A program made the translations under genes and the position numbers. This document shows positions 49,236 to 63,127 of a stretch of DNA of 64,000 nt, one piece after another (the first letter of the stretch is position 1; each line of letters begins with the position of its first letter). The notes under the pieces were generated by a model that worked only from the letters and a program-made list of their open reading frames with translations, did not search any database and had not been told where the DNA came from. This stretch comes from Octopus sinensis (taxonomy: Eukaryota), in NCBI RefSeq assembly GCF_006345805.1, contig NC_043002.1, forward strand, positions 50,530,001 through 50,594,000. The letters are read 5' to 3'.

Positions 49236-51148
49236 AACGTTGTGGAAGGATTGCGTCCACCTCTCAAGTGACTAAAAGGTGGACTGACTCATTATTATAA
49301 AGTAAAGAACTGTGAGTGATTGGTAGTAGTTCTCTGTTAGCCGTGATATAGAGCGTTGAGTCTCGTGAAATAGTAATAGTAGTACGTTGTGTGTATACTT
49401 TCTTCCCCTCCCTCCGGTTTCCTTATATTATATACTCAATACAGGGATATAAAAGTGGTGACGAGTTGTTTCGAAGCTTGCGTTGGACGTTTAAATTTTT
49501 TTTGGTGCGAAACCAAAGAAAAACTCATTTAACACGGAATGTTAACTATACTATATTTTTTTCTGAAAATACTTTAAGTTCGTACTCGCCAGACAGCGTA
49601 TCAAACTCAAATATAACCCAGAAGAAGGTACTACCTTCTTTTCATATTTTCGTAGATACGAAGAAATCTTCAAAGAACAGTGTAAAAGTTATATCAATGA
49701 GAATAAAGTATGACTACTTTTAAGTAAGTTTTTTCCCATGCTGAATACGAAAAATACAGTAATTATATTCTGCCGAAGAAGCCAGGTGACATTTGTTTTG
49801 ATGAAACAATATTTTATCGAACATTTTCAGTGAAATAAGTTCCCTGTTAAATACTCGCTGGTAATGTTTATATTTGGTCCAAAAAGATGAAGATTTTGTC
49901 ACCTATGTCAACGTGGTTAACAGAGACTGAGAAATTCAAATTGAATGAGTTGACCCCGGATATGTTCAAGTCTATAACTTTTGTTTAAGGACTTACTGCA
50001 AACAAAGATGTAGATGTACGTTCCCGGATATTAACAGAATTAGAACAGGACCAAAATTTAACTTTGCATCCGTAGCAAAAGAATGTCAGAGGATTATTAA
50101 TCTACGACATGACGCAAATAAGACTGAAGGGAAAATTTTTTCTCAGATTCAAGCGTGTCGATCGGTAACGTATAAGAAAATAGACAAAATATACAAAGAC
50201 CGAATCCATGTTATGGGTGCTGTGATCTACATTTTAGAAATAACTATCTGTTTAAAAATATAAAATGCTACAAGTGTTGTAAAATAGGCCATAAAATTTC
50301 GTATTGTAAAACAGAACCTAAAAAATAGTTCAACAGAAAAAATCACGTAAACGTATTATCGTTGACAAAAAATACGAACGAGTCTCTAAGAAAATTTGTG
50401 TATGTAAAAGTTAATAATACAAACGTAAAGCTACTATTGGATGCAGGCAGCGACATCACAATAATTAGCACAGATACTGAGAAAAAGATCGGGAGACCTA
50501 AATTAAGTGGGACCTCGAACATTGCCCGTGGTGTTTCAGGAAAAAGAATTATATTTTAAAGGCTAATTGATAAGTAACATTACATTTCGTAAAAAAAAAC
50601 CTTGAAAGCTAAACTTGTCCGGTACTGACTGGATGGAATTGTCTAATTTATGGGACCTCCCCATTAACGTTTTCTGTAAAAATGTAAATGATTTTCCCTC
50701 CAGTGAAAATAAGTCCCCAGACAAATTGAAAAACAAAATTAGATATTTTTCCCGAGGTACTGTCCGATAAATTAGGTGTGTATAACAAAACGAAGGCACG
50801 GTTTCAAATACAAGAAAACGCCATACCGTCATTTAATCAAAAAAATGAACGGTACCGTTCGCAGTATTGGAACAGGTAAATTTAGAGTTAGAGAGACCAG
50901 AAAAATTGGTGTTATCCCAAAAGTTAAATACAGTAAATGGGCAGTACCAACTGTGTACATCTAGAAAAATATTAAATCAGGGTGTGCTGATTTTTCTACT
51001 GGAAAGCGATATTAAAATTCGGAGCAGAGTTCAGTTCACAAAATGGGAGAAGATAGGGGAGACTGAAAAAGAGGAGAGGTTGAGGAAGGATTCTGACCGC
51101 CACTCAAGTAACTAAAAGTTGGACTGACTCATTATAAAATAAAGAACG
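49236..51148 (+). mobile_element. Internally deleted Ty3/Gypsy (Mag-like) LTR retrotransposon relic
   Basis: 5' LTR from ~49236; PBS TGGTGACGAG at 49456-49465; gag (EKFKLNELTPDMFK...GLTANKD.DVRSRIL); protease LLDAGSDITIIS; RT start (SKWAVPTVYI...DFSTG); purine tract at ~51065-51080; partial 3' LTR sharing ctcaagtRactaaaagKtggactgactcatta...taaagaac. Confidence 0.88.
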
Positions 51149-53356
51149 GCAGGGTGGGGGATGGTGAACCCCGCTGTACCCTTTCACCACAGATTTCTCT
51201 CACTCTTTCTTCCTACTTCTACCACAAAGCAGAGGAACCATAGTGTAACCCACTATGGTGTGGTAAACTTTCAGACCCTAGTCTAGATTGCGAATCCTCT
51301 GTACCCTCAGGATGGTTCAGCACTCCACCCGTTAAAAGCCGCCGTTTGCGGAATGAGGATAACAACGTAGCTTTCGTGCCCGTGCAACCGCCAATCTATC
51401 GCGTGTGGTGGGTGGATCTTCAAGTTCCCACACGCATTCTTAGTAGCTTAGAGGAGACTCGAATTAGAGATTATTCATTGTGGCTAATGGCGTGAGTACT
51501 GATTGGAAGAAGAAGAAGACAACAGCAGGTTACGTTAACTGCCGTCTCAACATCACCGCTTATCACATCACCACTTGTCTTTCCGAGGTCAGCCCAAAAT
51601 GTGCCACGTCTTTAGGGCTAAAGGTCGATGGCTAGCGGTTTCTTCCCATATCACACCAAGTAATTTCACTGTATTGTCTTTTGTAGACGAGAAGGGAACA
51701 GTGAGTGAAAATGGATGATAGACAAACGGGGATAGTGTAAAAGATACCAAAGTACACAAAGAAAATATTACTAGAGAGAAAGTCAGCCACGGCATGCGTA
51801 ACAGGCGAACGAAAGAGTTGCTTCTCTCATCTAGAAGAAATCAAGATTGAAAAGGTTAGCTTCTTGAAAGCCTTGGGTTCTGTAGGGCGATAACGGATTC
51901 GAAAACAATCTTTTCTGAGGAGACATGATGGCAGAGTACGGAGAAAACTAAAGGTTTACCTTCATGGAATACCTGTAGCTATACTCTTACTCTAGACATG
52001 AGGCCGTCTGCTTTTCTTGGAAGTCATTACTATTGTCGCTATTACGATTGTATTATTAAAATATCAGTATTAGTATTACTATTATCAGAATAACCACCAA
52101 CACCATCATTTTCATTGTAATCATATCATCCTTCTAATTATCCCTCGCTCTTTTACTCCTCCGCCTCCTCCTCATCATTATTGTCACCGTAGTCCTCTTA
52201 TTTTTCTTTTTCTTCTTTATCATCGTCGTCATCATTATCATCAACATCATCATGGCAACGCCACAAACATAACCACAACCACAACCTTAACGACCATATC
52301 ATCATCATTGCCGCTGCCCCCTCCACCACCATCAATAACAACAACAACTAGGCCATCATCGTTATGATTCTCCTCCACTTTTTCGCTTCCCATCTTCCTA
52401 TCCTATCCTCTCTAACTCCTTCTCTCTTCCTCCCCCTCATCAATATTATCAATGTCAATTTTTTTCCCATTTTCTTCGTCTTAAGTTATCGGGGTTTGGC
52501 TAATGTAGGACCCATACCCATCAGCATCATCATCAACAACAGCCACGACGACAACAACGACAACCGCCACAACGACAACAACGACAACCGCCACAACAAC
52601 AACAACAAGGACGACGACGACCAACACCACCACCACCACCGCCACAACAACGACAACAACAGCAGCAGTAGCAGCAACACGGCTGAATCAACTAAGAAAA
52701 ATCAGTATATTTGATTAGAGCACTCGATGTAACTCTGGCAACAAAACAGAAAGAAATAATAAAAGAAAATTACTAAAAAAAAAAACAAATACAATCACAA
52801 TGCAAACTAAAATATATTAAAACAAAATATCTTCCCTTTCATCTCATCCGACCCTTCCGACGCTGCATTACACCACACGGAGAGTTTCGCTAATCTCCTC
52901 AACTTCACTTTCTTATTGTCAATTCACAACACTTGGACGCCATGTTTTAACCGCTAAAACACACAACTGGAACCGCGAATAAGTTACCAAGCACTGAAGT
53001 GGTTGGATGTCGTTTATCAAGTCTTGATCATCCAGATGAAAGTTAAAAGAGATCTGAATAGCAAGCTGTTCTACTATACAATAAATACGTATATATATGT
53101 GTTGTATGCGCATATCTGTGTAAGTTTTGCGCATGTTTGTGTGCATGTATGTAATTGTCTAATGCATGTATATGTGTGTATGTGCATATGTACGTATGTG
53201 TGTATGTATGGATGTGTTTATATATGCATGTATGTATGTACATGCATAAGAACTTGTATGCATGTTTCATATGCATGTTTATGCATGTGTATAAGTTTGT
53301 ATGTACATATGTATGTTATCAAATACAGAAGCATATATATAATGCATATACATACA

Positions 53357-53392
<36 letters not shown>

Positions 53393-53447
53393 CACATATG
53401 CATATATATATATATATATATAATATATATATATATATATACACATA

Positions 53448-53498
<51 letters not shown>

Positions 53499-53515
53499 AT
53501 GTATTTCTCTCTCAC

Positions 53516-53589
<74 letters not shown>

Positions 53590-53799
53590 CATACACACAC
53601 ACATATAAATTTGTAGTATAGTATATGGATTTACAGGATCATGTGCCAGCCAGCTATCACTTAAAGCAATTCTAAAGGAATCGGCTAGCAGACTACATGT
53701 TAATCCAATATAGAGGAATATAATGTAGTGTTATATGCAGTTGAAATCGAAGAGACTTAATCGATGAAATTATTTCATGAGGAATATATGAACCATAAA

Positions 53800-54800
53800 A
53801 TGTCAGGAGGTATAAGAGGTATATACATTTATTTAACCACTTGTGATTCTTAGGATTACGTGCTGCCAAACACGCTATTGCATGTCTTGTGTAACATTCT
53901 CTACTTGAGTTCCTCTAAGCTTATAGGAAAAGTGGGACATAGCCCCATAGAAAAAATCATAAGGTGTCAAATCAGATGAACGTGGTGGCTATTTCAACAA
54001 CACATTATCGTTATCACTGGCACACCTGATCCATCTCAATGAGATTGTCTAGCACAGTCAGCTTCCAGTGAAATAGAGCCCCACCCTGTTGAAAAATGAA
54101 GCGTTCATGCTCATTTGAAATGAGCTCATCAAATAACCATTTCTAAAGCATTTGCTGATAAACGTTGCTTGTCACGTTTCCCTCAAAGGAAAACAGTCGA
54201 TAAAGACGATGCTTGGAGATTGCGAAGAACATATTGACTTTCAGCGATTCCTTCTTCTGCTCAACTGCAGCATGAGGATTTTCTTGCCACCAAATACAAA
54301 CATTATGCTTGTTGACTTTGACATTCGTATGAAACGTGTCTCATCACTGAAAACAAGACGCTTTTCGAACACCTTATCTTCAAGTTTTTCTTACGCAGCG
54401 ACACAGAATGGCTTACACTTTTCCCTGTCATCTGTGCTTAAAGCTTAAACGAAGTGCAGCGTATAGGATGTCATTCGCAAGTGTTTCCTTTCCGCATGCC
54501 AAATTGTCGTACGAGAAATCTGATTTCCATAGAGGCTCTTCTTACAGACTTTCCGGTGTTCATAGAACCTGATTGACGATACCTTCTGATACTGGGGATC
54601 GTCCAAATCCCTTTGCTCCGCACAGACAAACTTCCTCTTTGAATTTCTTGTGCTATGTCCACGTTTGCTTTCCAGTTGGAGCATTTTAATTGAATTTTCT
54701 CGAAAATGTACCCTGGACTCTCTTGTTTGACTGTATTCGGGGATATTCTATACAAAATGCTATTTTTTAAATTTCTAGTGAACGTCATTCTTCACTCTAA
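53800..54800 (-). mobile_element. Degraded Tc1/mariner-superfamily transposase (FQQDGA / DFFLWG type)
   Basis: Across frames: KSVRRASMEI...RLVFSDETRF...KVNMFFAIS...YQQML.KWL...FIFQQGGALFH...FFLWGY, with many stops and frameshifts. Confidence 0.75.
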
Positions 54801-55524
54801 AAACAAACAAAAAAATTTGATTTTTTTTTTACACATTTTGCTAAAATTTGAGATAATTTGAGCAAGAATCGGCTATGTTAGTAGATTACGACATGATGCC
54901 AATCTTTTGGGGACATAATGTACATACATGTATGTATATCAACGCAATTCTTTCGAAGCAAGTAAAAACAAGCAATGGAACATGTTCTGCAGGGGTTGGT
55001 GGTGGTGGTGTCGATACGCAGAGTAGAGTCGAATCGCTTGTAAAATGCTTGCTGACTAGACTTTAAGTTTCACTGACGGCACATTTAACCACTCAAGCGA
55101 ATATTATTCCTATTCATAATTAATTTTACAATAAATGTTATTGTATATATATATATATATATGTAGATAGATAGATAGATAGATAGATATATAGATAGAT
55201 AAAATATATACATATATATAGATAAAATATGTACATAATACACACACACATATATACGTACCTCCCCAACTACGTATATATATATATATATATATATATA
55301 TCCATGCAAATGTACAATGTTATGTGTACAGTAATGCTATACTTTTCAGTGATTTTTCGTCGAAACTGCTTTTTACAATTATATTCTATTTCAAGTCTCA
55401 AAGCCGCTCATTTTTATTAAGTTCCTTGTTAAAACTTTATACAATAGAATACTTTTTATTTATTTGAAATTTATATATTTTATAATCAGTATATATATGC
55501 TTTTAATTTTTAATTTTCTTAAAA

Positions 55525-55743
55525 ATTGTTTCAGTCATTTGACTGCGGCCATGCTGGAGCTCCGCCTTAAAGGGTTTTAGTCGAAGAAATCAACCCGAGG
55601 ACTTATTCTTCGTAAGCCTAATACCTATTCTATCGTTCCCTTTCGCCGAACTGCTAGTTAACGGGGATATAAATGCATCACCATTGGTTATCAAACGATG
55701 GTCGACGCACACACATACACACACATACACACACACACACACA

Positions 55744-55778
<35 letters not shown>

Positions 55779-55834
55779 ATTGATTGATTGATTCTAGTTT
55801 CAGCTCACGAGCTGTGGCCATGCTAGGGCACCGC

Positions 55835-55876
<42 letters not shown>

Positions 55877-56280
55877 GGCGGCGAGCTGGCAGAAACGTTA
55901 GCACGCCGGGCGAAATGCGTTACCGTATTTCGTCTACCGTTACGTTCCGAGTTCAAATTCCGCCGAGGTCGACTTTGCCTTTCATCCTTCCGGGGTCGAT
56001 AAATTAAGTACCAGTTACGCACTGGGGTCGATGTAATCGACTTAATCCCTTTGTCTGTCCTTGTTTGTCTCCTCTGTGTTTAGCCGCTTGTGGGTAGTAA
56101 AGAAATATATATATATATATATATACGACAGGGTCTTTTAATGTCCATTAACCAAATCCACTCACAATGCTTTGGTCGGCCCGAGGCGATAGTTGAAGAC
56201 ACTTGCTGAAGGTGCCTCACATCGGGACTGAATCCGGAACCATGTATTTGCAGAGCAATCTTCTTACTACACACGCTTGC
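55525..56280. mobile_element. SINE A 3' half (-, 55525-55725), full SINE B (+, 55877-56106), SINE A 5' half (-, 56120-56280)
   Basis: Diagnostic motifs of both families. The arrangement is consistent with SINE B inserted into the central microsatellite of one family A copy. Confidence 0.82.
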
Positions 56281-56334
56281 GATTAAAATATGTTTCGACC
56301 AAAATTTGTTCCAGTTCGTGACTAAATTAGTGTC

Positions 56335-56560
56335 AGCACCAGTTGTTAAGTCAAGTTTTGTGGTACCATGGCCCATTCATGTAGAGAGTTGTTGACTGAG
56401 ATATATCCAGGTGTAGGTGACTTATTTGGTATCCCTTGAAGAAATTTGTTCAGGTTTCGTTTGAAGATGATGGGGTTGTGTTCTTTGATTTGTTTCGGGA
56501 TAAATAAAGTAGGGCCTGTTGAGTAAAAGAAATGTTTTGAATTCATGTGTTGTGTGCTTG
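56335..56560 (-). mobile_element. L2/CR1-group LINE 3' terminal fragment
   Basis: HFFYSTGPTLF...IIFKRNLNKFLQGIPNKSPTPGYISVNNSLHEW matches the GP.LFN.LP...FK..LDKFL..IPD.P ORF2 terminus. Confidence 0.7.
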
Positions 56561-56609
56561 AACTGTGTGTGTTGTATACGTTTGTATATTTATATATATA
56601 TATAATTAA

Positions 56610-56866
56610 AATTTAGGGTATCTACAAGATACCATCATGCTGGAAATAGAAGCCAAAACTTGACTCTAAAACCACATTAAATGTTCATACAGCACCAGGA
56701 GAGAAGACAAAGAGACAAAATAACTAGCAAGAAAAAGAAATACTAGCTAGTTTATTTTGTCTCTTTGTCTTCTCTCCTGGTGCTGTATGAACATTTAATG
56801 TGGATTTAGAGTCATGTTTTTGGCTGCTATTTCCAGCGGGCTGGTATCTCTTAGATACCCTAAATT
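56610..56866. repeat. Fold-back inverted repeat (~120-bp arms, 17-nt spacer)
   Basis: 56610-56728 vs 56746-56866; the inner ~60 bp is essentially perfect. Flanked by (TA)n on the left. Confidence 0.92.
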
Positions 56867-56952
56867 ATCATTTTAATAATGATTATTACCTTTGAAGGTT
56901 TTTATTCCCATGCTGGCCACCTGATAAGATCGGTATTTAAATATCGTTCTAT

Positions 56953-57025
<73 letters not shown>

Positions 57026-57110
57026 TCACAAAAAAAAACAAGAAAAGACGAAGACAGGTAGTGTAGACAACAAGTAGATGTATTAGTTTAACGTTCGAGA
57101 AGTGAAAAAG

Positions 57111-57148
57111 TCTTTAACGTTTCGAGCCTACGCTCTTCCGCAGAAAGA
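57111..57148 (-). ncRNA. Hammerhead-like motif with non-canonical position 6 (CUGCGGA)
   Basis: TCTTT-CTGCGGA-A-GAGC-GTAG-GCTC-GAAAC-GT-T-AAAGA. All three stems pair. Confidence 0.6.
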
Positions 57149-57485
57149 AACACAAAGAAACAAGGAGAGAAAATAAAGAATGTGCCTATATATCTACCCT
57201 CCTTATAATGTTGGCAAACGAAATGGAGATAAGAATGTGCATTGTCCGTTTGATTGGAAAATTTCTATAAGTGGCTGAAGATTGCTCGACATTTTAAAAC
57301 TGGTGTAATACTTACAGTGTTTAATAAAATGAAGTAGCATGAAACAATTGTACCACTCTACATCGGATATACTTGTTGCTTATTTTGATCATAATCACCC
57401 CATTGATTTATATGGATAATACTATACAAAATTCTGGTGCTTTTGACTTAAGTACCATATTCATCTGAATCTAAATTTTGCTGAA

Positions 57486-57543
<58 letters not shown>

Positions 57544-57780
57544 GAAAGAGAAAGAGAGAGAGAGAGAGAGAGAAAACATCATGTGGCGAAGAGAATTCTG
57601 TATATCTAGTGGGATCTCGTTTACTACTCCAAGCATCTAAAATGACACAGCCTACACTGATTGATGCGACACAGCCAGATACACAATACCCTACCCCCAT
57701 AGGACAGATGCAGGATGGGTCGAAATGATTATAATGCTGAATAAAAATTCATACTAAGTCCATCTTCCGTTTCCTTCATC

Positions 57781-57839
<59 letters not shown>

Positions 57840-58839
57840 CAAAGACATACATATATACATACAGTATATATAGAAAGTCTTGGTAGAGTATGTTTATAAG
57901 TTATTAGGTGTTTACCTTTAATGGCCAATTACAAATGCTTCTTTATCAAATCTATTTACCACGACAGTTCACGCAGGAGTTCAATGAGAAAAAGCAATAT
58001 TTGTGGTTTTATTACATCTAAGTACGGAAGACGTAGGTGACGGGCACTCGTTAAGTTCCCCTATTACCCTTTATAGTATTATATTTCTTCTTCTTCCTTC
58101 TTCTTATTCGCTTCTTCCTCTCCCCTCCCCTTCACCTTCTTGGTACACGCACAATGTAAGGTCTGAAGAAATGTTACTCTAATGTCTAAAACTGCAGATA
58201 TTGCAAATAACTTTTCCCATGGAACTTTTGCGTTAGTACAAAAACAATCGTAACTGGTTAACGAAAATGATATTAGTTCTTTCTTTGTCTTCTGACCTGA
58301 ATTATATTTTACTCTCTGCTAAACCCAGAGAATGGTTTTACCGTTGTGGCAACTAGATTTTCAAAGAATGAAGAATTTCATTCTCATTTGTGTCTATAAT
58401 CCAAGAGTGTAAGTAGTCTAAACCTCGGTTTGAGTGGCACTTTAGAAATACCCCATGTTTTTACTCTACCAGGACTTAATAGCTACACACACACACACAC
58501 AGACAGCCACCCCCACACAAAACATTAAAATGATGGATTTTCACTGCCTTTATTGATTTTTATAAGGGAAATTCAACAGTTATTGTGCACTTTCTATCTC
58601 TCTCTCTTTCTCAATCCATCCATCCATCCATCCATCTAGTCATCTGTCTGTCCGTCTGTCTGTCTATCTATTTCTCTCTCTCTCTATCTAGATTGATAGA
58701 TAGATAGAGATAGATAGAGAAATAGATAGATGGATCGTTAGATAGATATGATGGATAGAGAGATAGAGAGACAGAGAGGGAGAGAGAGAAAGAAACACAT
58801 ATAGATCGATAATCAAATATATAGGCAGAAAAACAGATC

Positions 58840-58881
<42 letters not shown>

Positions 58882-59303
58882 TCGATAATTAAATATACAG
58901 ATGGATTGGGGAATAAATAGATGGAAAGAATAATGCGAAAACGAGAACAAGATACAGAAATCGGTAGATGGCTAAAGAAAACGATCAATAGGCAAATAAA
59001 TAGTTGAACATTAATTAGATTGATTGATTTAGAGATAAATTGGTATGTGGATGATTCTTTAATTGAGAAAGGCAAGGAAGAAAAGTAGAGGAAAGGATAT
59101 GGAGATATAAAAGTGATTGGCTTGCTGGGGAGGAGAGAGAGAGAGAGAGAGACGGAGAAGAAGTAAGGAGGGGGAAGAGGGTCAGAAAGAGTGAGAGAGT
59201 AAGGAAAACAGAGTTATTGTGAGAAGAAAAGAAAGGTGTGTGAGACCATCTCTGTTTATCGATCTCTCTCTCCTCTTTCTCTTTTTCTCAACGCGTCTCA
59301 GTA

Positions 59304-59342
<39 letters not shown>

Positions 59343-59371
59343 GTGTGTGTGTATATGTGTGAGAGAGGGTC

Positions 59372-59425
<54 letters not shown>

Positions 59426-59544
59426 CACAAGCATACATACATACGTAGTGAGGTTGAGAGTGAGAAAGGGAATCGTATAGCTTAATGGAAGTGAAATAAA
59501 TTGCACGAAAGGAATGTATCTATCCACCGTTCCACTCTTCCTCT

Positions 59545-59578
<34 letters not shown>

Positions 59579-60319
59579 ATATATATATATATATATATAT
59601 ACGTGCGTGTGTGTATGCACGGGTGCGTGTGTGTGTGTTTGTGTCGTGGGGAGGGGAGGGAGAACGAAGACTAAACGTGCCACTGCTGCATGTCTGACTA
59701 TATATGATCGCAGCCATATTCGCTGTCTCCAATCGCAACAATTAATGAAGAAATCTGCAACTCACGCCACACTAGGCACTGCCGTCTGAAATTATCTGAT
59801 TAATGATAACCACCACATTCCATTAGCTGATTTCTCTTACCAATGTTCGTGAGCAGAAAAGCCAATTTATTGTATCGGCGGCTCCAGTTTACGTATGACG
59901 TCTACGCAAGGCTGAATCGAACCCAGCACTTGGCTAATATATGTCTCATCATTAGCATTTACTATTTCATCGACTGAAGTCTATATTGTTAATTATTTCC
60001 AGAATGCATCTACTTTCACTTTCAGTTTCGTCTCTATTCTATTACCCGCCCCTCACCCGTCGCCTTCCTTACCCTCTTCTCTTCACCTCCACACGATCGC
60101 TGCGCATACGTTGTGGCCTTTTAATGTCGACACTAATCTCGTTCTCCGCTTTTCTCTTTTCTTTTTGTTTCACTTATTTCCTTTTCACTTTGTTTCAACT
60201 TCCTTCTACCCATCACCCCCTTTGCACGCACACATCCATACATGCATATCACAAAATCACACAAACATGCATACACACTTACGCGCACACAATCATATTG
60301 ACAAACATGCGTAATCATC

Positions 60320-60955
60320 TTCATACATACATACATACATACATACATACATACATACATCATACACACACTTATATACATACACACACACATACATACA
60401 TACATACATACATACATACATACATACATACATACATACATACAACATACATACACAAATACATACATACACACACGCATACATATATACATACATACAT
60501 ACACACATACATACATACATACATACATACATACATACACATACATACATACATACATACATACATACACACACATACATACATATATATATATACACAC
60601 AAAATTATAACTACATACGCATCTACATATAAGATACATATATACATACATGCATACACACAATCATACGTAGATTCATAAATACACATACCAATATATA
60701 TACACAATATATACAAACATGTACATATACACACACACACACACGTAACTATGTATATGTGTATGTGTGCATATATCTATATACACATATATACGCATAT
60801 ATTCATATATATTTATGATATATATTATACATATATATATTTTATATATGCATATATATGCACATATATATATACATACACATATATAGATACGTACATG
60901 CACATATGCATATCTACATACACACGAACATATATATACACACATATATACATAA

Positions 60956-61000
<45 letters not shown>

Positions 61001-61362
61001 CACATATGCAATGTCACACATTCTGATAACGTGCTTCCGTTTCTGTCATTCACGTAGACACCGTCATTTTACTTCATTCCTATACTGTGCCTCTAATTTC
61101 GTAATCTAACTCTTCATTCATTTAAAGTTTAATCCAATTCTTTGCATTTTCTAATTCAAAGCCCCTATCCCGGTCGCATGTATTGTTCCCCGCTTTCGAA
61201 GTTAGAAATTAAACTACGTCCTGCCAACAAATATGCCTTCACTCATACACACGCACATATAGAAACACATATATACACTTATATATCTATACATACATAC
61301 ATGTATGCACATACACGCACGCACATATGTGTGTATATAGATAAAAGATATATAGATATAGT

Positions 61363-61421
<59 letters not shown>

Positions 61422-61520
61422 GCATATATATATATACACACACACATCTATATATATATGTAATATAATTATATATGTATATATATGTATATATATATAT
61501 ATGTGTGTGTATATATATAT

Positions 61521-61559
<39 letters not shown>

Positions 61560-61670
61560 TACACATATATACACATATAATACACATATATTAGCATATA
61601 TATATACACATATATATATGCATATATACATATACATATATATGCATATATATATATATATATATATATG
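60320..61670. repeat. (CATA)n / (TA)n / (CA)n compound microsatellite field
   Basis: Source of the poly-HTYI/MYVC ORFs. Confidence 0.95.
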
Positions 61671-62248
61671 GAGAGGGAGAAGAATTGATAGCTAGACATA
61701 TATATGTGTGTGTGTCTGTGTGTGCCTTGTGTGTGTGTATGTGTGTGCGTGTGTGCATTGGGAGAGAGAAAGAGGGAGAGAGTGTTAAAGAGAGACACAA
61801 AGAGACAGATAGATAAATAGCCAGCTAGCTAGATGGATAGACTAATATGGAGGAAACGATATATAGAAAAAGAAAGCGACAAAGAAAAGTTATAGGCTGT
61901 TGGGTATGGAAAGAGACAGGAGGTGACTTTAATAGAAAAAATGATTAGGAGAAAGAAATAAGATCACACATATATGCATTGATATACACGCATCTATACA
62001 TATAGACAAATACATACACGCCTATACAAATACAGGCATATTTATACATACAGGGAGGAAGGAAGAAAAAAGAGAAAACGTGAAGGAGAGAGATGGAGAG
62101 AGAGAGAGGGAGGGAGGGAGGAAAGGAGGGAGGGAGAAGGAAGCAAGCGAAAGAAAAAGAAAAGTAAAAAGGCGAGGAGGAGAAAAAGAAGGTGAAGAAA
62201 TAGGAAAAGGAAGCGGATGAGGAAAAGGAGGAGAAACAGAAGAATACA

Positions 62249-62249
<1 letters not shown>

Positions 62250-62347
<98 letters not shown>

Positions 62348-62352
62348 CATTA

Positions 62353-62408
<56 letters not shown>

Positions 62409-62410
62409 TG
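62250..62410. repeat. (ATT)n microsatellite
   Basis: About 155 bp of near-perfect attattatt. Confidence 0.97.
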
Positions 62411-63042
62411 TAGTAGTAGTAGTAGTAGTAGAAGAAGAAGAAAGAGAAGAAGAGAAAGAAAAGTAAAGTAAGAAGATGAAGAACATGCAGAAGAAGGAGG
62501 AGGGAAAGGAGAAGGAGAAGAGAAAAAAGGAGAAGAGGGGAAGAAGAAGTAGGGTTAGAGAAGATGAAGACGAATAAGAAGCAGAAGGAAAAGAACAATG
62601 AGGAAGAAAAGAAGAAGTAGAAGAAGAAGAAGCAACTGGTGTTGGAGATGACTATAATATGTGATGCTATGCGCTGGAGTGCGGCGTGAAGAATTGTGTG
62701 TCGAATGGTTTAGAATGGTTTGGAACGATTTGGAGCGGTGTGTCGTGGATTAATCACGTCTATGATTTATTCCTTATTTCCGTAAAAACTACCAATCACT
62801 GTCCTGATACATTTAAATAAACTGAAAAGTTGACAGGGAAAAGTTGATCCACTCATTATCCCACCCACAAAACGGGCACGGGCACACCCACACACACACA
62901 CCCACACCCACACAGACATACACACACACATATATATGTATGTATACATATATGTATGTATATATATATATGCATACATATATGCATATATATATATTCA
63001 TACATATATGTATATATATATATATATATATTATATTATAAT

Positions 63043-63074
<32 letters not shown>

Positions 63075-63095
63075 CACACATACATACATACATAT

Positions 63096-63127
<32 letters not shown>

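Noticed and set aside
51520-52030. VKLLGVIW-containing minus frame, possibly an RT fragment
   Set aside because: Too degraded to assign to Tx1, BEL or DIRS.
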